Assembly (NCBI RefSeq): GCF_000195755.1
Contig: NC_002937.3
Coordinates: 3,480,001-3,512,000, forward strand
Source of the DNA: Nitratidesulfovibrio vulgaris str. Hildenborough
GTDB taxonomy: Bacteria; Desulfobacterota; Desulfovibrionia; Desulfovibrionales; Desulfovibrionaceae
Direction of reading: 5' to 3'
Length of the DNA stretch: 32,000 bases
Of the stretch, positions 26,510 through 32,000 are shown piece after piece. How positions within the stretch are numbered: the first letter of the stretch is position 1; each line of letters starts with the position of its first letter. The notes beneath the pieces were generated by a model. That model was given only the letters and a program-made list of their open reading frames with translations. It searched no databases and was not told the origin of the DNA. Made by a program: the position numbers and the translations under genes.

Positions 26510-26964
26510 TCACCAGTTGCATACCGGGCAGGGTGCGGTTGCGTCACCCGCGCCTGCACGACGCAGACGAATCCGGCAAGTTGTGCGCACTCCTACGCGT
26601 GACGGACGGCATCATCGACGTCACGGCCAATCCTCGTACAGGTTCATTGCTGGTTCGCTACGACACCGCGGTCGTGAGCGAAGACGACCTCGCACGGGCG
26701 GCGGCCCGCTGCACGGACTATCTCACCGTTTCAGGGTATGGGCAGACATCGGGAAAGCAGGAGGGACACGGTGTACGAAAGCGACGCGGCCTCGACAGGC
26801 GGGAGACGGCGCGCCTCGCCAAGCGTGGCATGATGGTCACCCTTGGCGCGACGCTGCTGCTTGGCCTCGCCGGACGCGAGAAGGCTCATGTGGCGGCAGG
26901 GACTCTGTTCACGCTGTGCAACGCCTACCACATCTATGCCTACCGCAGGCAACTGCTGCGGTAG
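26506..26964 (+). CDS. HMA2-like domain protein with a C-terminal membrane anchor
   Basis: ATGA overlap with the ATPase. CIPGRVRLRHPRL...NPRTGSLLVRY is paralogous to the ATPase N-terminus (IPGRVRLRAPRG...TPRTGSLLFNH). C-terminal hydrophobic segment MMVTLGATLLLGLAG. Confidence 0.75.
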   Translation: MITSCIPGRVRLRHPRLHDADESGKLCALLRVTDGIIDVTANPRTGSLLVRYDTAVVSEDDLARAAARCTDYLTVSGYGQTSGKQEGHGVRKRRGLDRRETARLAKRGMMVTLGATLLLGLAGREKAHVAAGTLFTLCNAYHIYAYRRQLLR

Positions 26965-27026
26965 CCGTCGCCGTCATTGCCCACCCCGCCTTACCCGCAT
27001 CGTTAAACCCCGTCACTGACGACACC

Positions 27027-27056
27027 GACGCCCCGGAGCCTGCGCACCGGGGCGTC
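27027..27056. terminator. 10-bp perfect GC hairpin between convergent operons
   Basis: GACGCCCCGG / CCGGGGCGTC with a 10-nt loop, followed by TTGCCTGTGG on the plus strand. It starts 63 nt after the plus-strand stop. Confidence 0.55.
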
Positions 27057-27256
27057 TTGCCTGTGGTCTTCGATAACACCTACGCCTTCCTCTCTGCAGG
27101 CCTGCCTGCAGGGAGCAGCCTGCTTCCTGTCCCGCCCGCGGTACAAGACATGCTGGCGCACCATTTCTCCGGCCCAGTCAAGAGAGCTCTCTCCAGCACC
27201 TGAAGGGCGATATGGCAACGTGTTGCCCAATCCTCGGCATCTGCCGGGATGACGCA

Positions 27257-28606
27257 TCAGGTCGTTCCCATCTCCTTGCGCTTGCGCCAGAGGGTGACCG
27301 TGGTGATGCCCAGAACGTCTGCGGCACGCTCCATGCTGAAGCCCATGCCGAGCACCTTGCGGATGTGTGCCTCCTCCACCTCCCTGAGCGAGGGGATGCC
27401 GTCCTTCACCGTAGCTACGGCACCCTCTCCGGCGACAAGGGCGGGGGGAAGATGGGACGGCGTGATGGGCCCTCCGGCACAGAGCAGTGTGGCGCGTTCC
27501 ATGACGTTGCGCAGTTCACGCACATTGCCGGGCCAGTCGTGTGACATGAGCAGGTGCAAGACCTCTTCGGTGATCACCGGAGGGTGTTCGGACGGGTAGC
27601 GGACGAGGGCCCGGTGCAGCAGGCGTGTCGCCAGCGGGGGGATGTCCTCGCGCCGTTCACGTAAGGGCGGGATGTGGCATTCGAACGTGTTGAGCCGATA
27701 GTACAGGTCTTCCCTGAACGTTCCCTCCGCCACCATCTGCGTCAGGTCACGGTTGGTGGCGGCTATCACCCGGACATCGAGTTCGATGCCCGCGCTGCCG
27801 CCCACGCGCTCGATGACCCTGTCGTCGAGAAAACGGAGCAGTTTCGACTGCATCGCAGGGGCGAGGTCGCCGACCTCGTCCAGAAAGAGCGTTCCCCCGT
27901 TCGCCTGTTCGAACTTGCCCGCGTGGTCCTTCACCGCCCCGGTGAAAGCGCCCCGCGCATGACCGAACACCTCGGACTCGAAGAGGGTTTCGGCGATGGT
28001 GGTGCAGGTCACCTCCACGAAGGGCCTGGCAGCCCGGTGCGACCTGCGGTGAAGCGTCCGTGCCAGTTCGGTCTTTCCGGTGCCCGTCTCGCCGGTGAAG
28101 AGCATCGTGGCGTCCGTGGGTGCGATGCGGTCTATGAGCCCTTCAAGGGCGCGACTCGCCGGGGAGGTGAGCCCGGAGAACCAGTCGGGCGCCGCCTCGT
28201 CCCGCAGGCGGGCGTTCTCGCGCCGGAGTCCGATGAGCGTCGAGACCTTCCGGACAAGGTGCTGCAACTGGTCCATGCCGAAGGGTTTGGGCATATAGTC
28301 GAAGGCTCCCGCCTTGATGGCGGCGACGGCGTTCTCGTAGCTTGCGAACGCGGTCATGATGACACAGACCGTATGCGGGTACAGCATGGAGACCTCGCGG
28401 ATGAGGTCGACCCCCGTCCTCTCTTCCATGCGCATGTCCGTGAGGACGAGGTCGGCAGGATGTCTGCGAAGGGTCTCGAGTGCGGCGGAAGGGGAGTGTG
28501 CCCCCCGTGTCCTGCACCCCATGCCCTTCAGCCCGATGAGCAAGGTGCGGACGATGGCTTCGTCATCATCGACGATGAGCACGTCGAGGTCGGCGTGAGG
28601 CGTCAT
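27257..28606 (-). CDS. sigma-54-dependent response regulator (NtrC family), last gene of the kdp-linked sensory cluster
   Basis: Receiver domain (VLIVDDDE, LVLTDMRMEE). Walker A GETGTGKT, intact GAFTGA, Walker B LFLDEVGDL. Fis-type HTH AADVLGITTVTLWRKRKEMG. Confidence 0.93.
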   Translation of the reverse strand: MTPHADLDVLIVDDDEAIVRTLLIGLKGMGCRTRGAHSPSAALETLRRHPADLVLTDMRMEERTGVDLIREVSMLYPHTVCVIMTAFASYENAVAAIKAGAFDYMPKPFGMDQLQHLVRKVSTLIGLRRENARLRDEAAPDWFSGLTSPASRALEGLIDRIAPTDATMLFTGETGTGKTELARTLHRRSHRAARPFVEVTCTTIAETLFESEVFGHARGAFTGAVKDHAGKFEQANGGTLFLDEVGDLAPAMQSKLLRFLDDRVIERVGGSAGIELDVRVIAATNRDLTQMVAEGTFREDLYYRLNTFECHIPPLRERREDIPPLATRLLHRALVRYPSEHPPVITEEVLHLLMSHDWPGNVRELRNVMERATLLCAGGPITPSHLPPALVAGEGAVATVKDGIPSLREVEEAHIRKVLGMGFSMERAADVLGITTVTLWRKRKEMGTT

Positions 28607-30384
28607 GCGCCCTCCTGTTGCAGGCTGGTCGCAAGCGTCGCCCCATGGGGTGTCCCTTGCGGGATATGGACGGTGAAGAGACTGCGCCCGTCGCGTCGTT
28701 CATAGGCCAGACGTCCGCCATGCGCCTCGACGATGGTGCGCGAGATGGCAAGCCCCAGCCCCACGAGGCCCAGCTTCGTTCCTGCGGCCCTCCCATGCGA
28801 GTAGGGTTCGAACATGCGTTCTTCGAGTTCGCGCGGCACTCCGGGCCCTTCGTCTTCGACGGTCAGGGTGAGGTCTCCGGAGGCTTCGGTCAGCCGTACC
28901 GTGAGCGTCGTGTTCCTGGGTGACGCCTGCAGGGAATTCGCAACGAGGTTGGAGACGACCCACGAGAAACGGTCTTCATCGACCGAGACGACGGCAGGCG
29001 CCTGCCGCACGTCGACCTCCATGCCCACGCCCTTCTCTCGGGCGAGCAGTCTGAAAGGTGTGAGCCATGCGCCGAGGCGCTGTGCCATGTCGACATCGCG
29101 TCTTTCAAGGCGCAGCATGTCGACGCGCATGCGGGCGATGTCCATGAACTGCCTCGACACCGTCCGCAGACGCACAGCGTCTTCCCGTATGGTGTCCACC
29201 AGCAGGCGCATGTCATCGTCCTGCGTGTCCTGCCTGCCCAGGAGTTCAGCGGCAAGCCCCAGCGACTGCACCGGGGTCTTCAGTTCGTGCGATATCCAGT
29301 CCATCATCTCCGACCGCAGGCTCTCGCGTCTTTTCTTCTCCGTCACGTCACCCAGAAGGAACACCTGACCGCCGTCGGTTCGCACGCCGTCATGCAGCGA
29401 ACGGCGGCGGACGATGAACACGCGCGGTTCGCCGTTGCAGGTCAGTTCGACCTCGCCCTTGCCCACGAGGTCATCCCGCAGGATGCCCCGCAGGGCGAGA
29501 TAGTTCTCGTCCATGGTCGAAAGGTCATGCCACGGCTGCCCCAGCAGTTCGTGCTCCGGCATGCCGAGGAGAGTGGTCATGCTGCGGCTGACATGCGCCA
29601 CACAACCGGTGTTGTCCATGACGATGATGGCGTCGTCGGCAGATTCGAGGATGACCTCCAGCTTGCGCTTCTCGCGCAGCAGGCGGTTCAGGTTGACGGT
29701 GTCGAGTTCGCCAAGCCGCGTCCATTGGCGCTCGAACTCGTCGAAGAGGATGCGCACCTCGAGCGTCTGCGGGGCAGGCAGATGAAGGCGGGTGCCGAGG
29801 GGGGGCCTGTCCTTGAGCAGTTCGGCCATGCGCCGTAACGGGTGCGACAGCCGCATCGAGACGGCGTCCGCAAGGAACATCGCCCACAGGGTCCCGGCAA
29901 GAAAGACGACCACAGCGCCAGCCAGTGTCAGGTTCCGGTACAGGTTGCTCCGGTCGAGCCTTCGGAACATGCCGCGCTCGTTGACATCGACGAGATGCAC
30001 CAGTGCCGTATGCAGGTGGGCGTAACTCTCGTCATCGCGGGATTCCCTGAACTGGTCCCACGCGTTGCGCACGGCCTCGATGGCCTGCGGTTCATCAGGT
30101 TCCGTCACATTGGCCGAAGCACGCGCCAATGCCTCGTCGAAGGCGGCCTCACGCCCCTGATGACCATGCGGTACGTGCTGTTCCGGCAGCCGCAGTGCAA
30201 AAACGGCCTCCTCCATCTGACGCACATAGGCGATGGAGTCGTAGTTCATGCGCACGAGCAGGGTAGGCAGTCGTCCGGCGATGAAGAACGCCAGGACGAG
30301 CAGCGCCCCGAGGCAACCGAACAGGAGCATCAGCCGTCCGAAGGCCCTCCGTATGTTCTTCTGGAGAGTGGGGAGGACGGTCAT
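28603..30384 (-). CDS. membrane PAS-domain sensor histidine kinase
   Basis: 593 aa. Two TM segments flank a ~130-aa sensor domain. PAS region (SADDAIIVMDNTGCVAHVSRSMTTLLG). H-box WISHELKTPV, N-box VSNLVANSLQA, G-boxes EDEGPGVP and GLVGLGLAISR. ATGA overlaps on both sides. Confidence 0.9.
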   Translation of the reverse strand: MTVLPTLQKNIRRAFGRLMLLFGCLGALLVLAFFIAGRLPTLLVRMNYDSIAYVRQMEEAVFALRLPEQHVPHGHQGREAAFDEALARASANVTEPDEPQAIEAVRNAWDQFRESRDDESYAHLHTALVHLVDVNERGMFRRLDRSNLYRNLTLAGAVVVFLAGTLWAMFLADAVSMRLSHPLRRMAELLKDRPPLGTRLHLPAPQTLEVRILFDEFERQWTRLGELDTVNLNRLLREKRKLEVILESADDAIIVMDNTGCVAHVSRSMTTLLGMPEHELLGQPWHDLSTMDENYLALRGILRDDLVGKGEVELTCNGEPRVFIVRRRSLHDGVRTDGGQVFLLGDVTEKKRRESLRSEMMDWISHELKTPVQSLGLAAELLGRQDTQDDDMRLLVDTIREDAVRLRTVSRQFMDIARMRVDMLRLERRDVDMAQRLGAWLTPFRLLAREKGVGMEVDVRQAPAVVSVDEDRFSWVVSNLVANSLQASPRNTTLTVRLTEASGDLTLTVEDEGPGVPRELEERMFEPYSHGRAAGTKLGLVGLGLAISRTIVEAHGGRLAYERRDGRSLFTVHIPQGTPHGATLATSLQQEGA

Positions 30385-31520
30385 GCGCGCTCCTGCCCCG
30401 GCTGGCGTGGCGTGGTATTGACGATGTGGACATCCACCCCGACCGCGTCATGCAGGAATTCGAGGATGAACGACCCCCGTACCCTTTCCAGCAACGGCGA
30501 CAGCCTCGATTTGCCGAACACCGCGTGGCGGACATTGCGTTCGCTGGCGAAGTTGGCGAGGGTCTCGGCGATGTCGCCGCCAGCCAGCTGGACGACCTCG
30601 GCCCCGAGTTGGGTCGCCAGCCGCAGGTTGCCCTGCAGGACACGCTGCAAACCCGAGTCGATGCGGGTCGGGTTCTCACTGGGCCTTTGCACATAGACGA
30701 CGTAGCAGGGAGAGCCCATCTGGTGCGCGATGCGCACGCCGCGGCGGATGAGCGTCTCGGCATCGGTCGGGCTCGAGCTGAGTGCCACCATCACCCCTTC
30801 GATGACATCCCCGGCCGAATGCCGCGGAAAATGCTCCTGTTCCTCGATCTTGCGGACCTGATCGCCCGAAGCCTCGCGCAGGCACAACTCACGCAGGAAC
30901 GAGAGGTTCCGGTACGAGAAGAACCCGCCAAGCGCACGTTCGGCCTGCTCCGGGGAGTAGATGCGCCCTTGCCGCAGGCGTTCACGCAGGTCTTCCTTCG
31001 TGAGGTCGACGTTCACCACCTGATCGGCCCGACGCAGGATGGCGTCCGGGAGGCGCTCCTGCACACGCACCCCGGCGACCGACTCCACGCGTTCCGCCAC
31101 CGATTCGAGGTGCTGCACATTGAGGGTGGTGATGACGTTGATGCCAGCCTCGAGCACCTTCAGCACGTCCTGATAGCGTTTGCCGTTCTCGGACCCCGCA
31201 GCATTGGTATGGGCGAGTTCGTCCACCAGCACGACCTGTGGACGGCGGGCGATGATGCCGGGCACGTCCATTTCCGTGAAATCGCTTCCTGCGATGGCGA
31301 CCTTGCGGGGTGCCACCTGTTCGAGCCCCTCCACAAGGGCCAGCGTGTCTGCCCTGTCGTGAGGTTCGACGTAGCCTATGACCACGTCCAGCCCTTCTCT
31401 GGCGAGGCGGTGCGCCTCCTGCAGCATGGCATAGGTCTTGCCCACACCAGCCGCATAGCCGAGGTAGACCTTGAGAGACCCCTGTCTCTTGCGTGCGAGA
31501 ATCTCGGAGAAGTCGTCCAT
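30381..31520 (-). CDS. kdpD: stand-alone KdpD N-terminal sensor domain plus Usp domain protein (no kinase module)
   Basis: LKVYLGYAAGVGKTYAMLQEAHRL...VVIGYVEPHDRADT...LVDELAHTN...RYQDV..LL.AGINVITTLNVQHLES is the characteristic KdpD N-terminal domain. The C-terminal half is Usp-like. The protein ends before any TM or HisKA region. Confidence 0.88.
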   Translation of the reverse strand: MDDFSEILARKRQGSLKVYLGYAAGVGKTYAMLQEAHRLAREGLDVVIGYVEPHDRADTLALVEGLEQVAPRKVAIAGSDFTEMDVPGIIARRPQVVLVDELAHTNAAGSENGKRYQDVLKVLEAGINVITTLNVQHLESVAERVESVAGVRVQERLPDAILRRADQVVNVDLTKEDLRERLRQGRIYSPEQAERALGGFFSYRNLSFLRELCLREASGDQVRKIEEQEHFPRHSAGDVIEGVMVALSSSPTDAETLIRRGVRIAHQMGSPCYVVYVQRPSENPTRIDSGLQRVLQGNLRLATQLGAEVVQLAGGDIAETLANFASERNVRHAVFGKSRLSPLLERVRGSFILEFLHDAVGVDVHIVNTTPRQPGQERA

Positions 31521-31601
31521 AGGGCATCATCCTGCAATGAGGGTGGGCGCGCACCCCTGCAGGGCGCGCGCCGAATGTCTCCAGCTACGGGGTTACCCGC
31601 G

Positions 31602-32000
31602 CTAGACGCCGTCGTCCAGTACCAAGTTGAGCATCAGGACATTGACCCGCGGCTGCCCCAGAATGCCCATCTCACGCCCTTCGGTCATGGCATCTATCAG
31701 GGCGTTGACCCTGACCGTCGAGACATCACGCGCCTGCGCGACACGACGCGCCTGGAACCGCGCCGCCTCGACGGTAATGTGCGGGTCAAGCCCGCTGGCC
31801 GAGGCGGTGAAGAGGTCGACGGGGAGCGCCGTCGAAGGCTGCCCCGCGCGCAAGCGCGTTGCGGTCTCGTGCAGGCGGTCGGAGAGAGCACGACTTGTCG
31901 GCCCCTGATTGAAGCCCCCGGAGGCCCTGCCGTCGTAGCCATGCTCTCCTGCCGCCGACGGGCGCGGATGGAAGTAGCGGTCAGAGTCGAAGCGCTGTGC
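31602..32000 (-). CDS. kdpC: potassium-transporting ATPase subunit C, C-terminal part (5' end outside the window)
   Basis: The frame is open to the window edge. RYFHPRPSAAG...YDGRASGGFNQGPTS...DLFTASASGLDPHITVEAARFQARRVA matches KdpC. TAG stop at 31602-31604. Confidence 0.88.
   Translation of the reverse strand, partial: AQRFDSDRYFHPRPSAAGEHGYDGRASGGFNQGPTSRALSDRLHETATRLRAGQPSTALPVDLFTASASGLDPHITVEAARFQARRVAQARDVSTVRVNALIDAMTEGREMGILGQPRVNVLMLNLVLDDGV

Overview
High-GC (about 63-67%) deltaproteobacterial chromosome segment. From memory, gene content and order resemble Desulfovibrio (Nitratidesulfovibrio) vulgaris; this has not been checked against a database. The window is mostly core and regulatory genes packed into operons, with eight 4-nt ATGA/GTGA start-stop overlaps. 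In order: (1) lon (5'-truncated), a sensor kinase and a sigma-54 response regulator; (2) tRNA-Arg(CCG); (3) ubiX, a UPF0173 hydrolase, a GIY-YIG protein and a DEAD-box helicase; (4) a roughly 0.9-kb low-GC islet with a Cys-rich DUF2703-like protein; (5) a LysR regulator, a U32 'peptidase', pyrK-pyrD and putA; (6) a membrane zinc-ribbon protein; (7) a DUF2318-like/FtsX/ABC transporter; (8) a paired SMR exporter; (9) a three-gene operon around a divergent P1B-type ATPase with SCA in place of CPC; (10) the tail of a kdp locus with a split sensor: kdpC (partial), a KdpD-N/Usp protein, a PAS kinase and a sigma-54 response regulator. I found no CRISPR array, transposase, integrase, phage gene or recognisable defence gene. 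The most interesting items are under-characterised metal and transport modules and several unexplained non-coding structures: a palindrome plus sigma-54-like promoter with no gene behind it, an 11-bp tandem repeat, an 830-bp gene-free divergent region, and a 13-bp inverted repeat in the low-GC islet. I cannot point to a clear-cut novel multi-gene system. All functional calls rest on motifs read by eye in the supplied translations.
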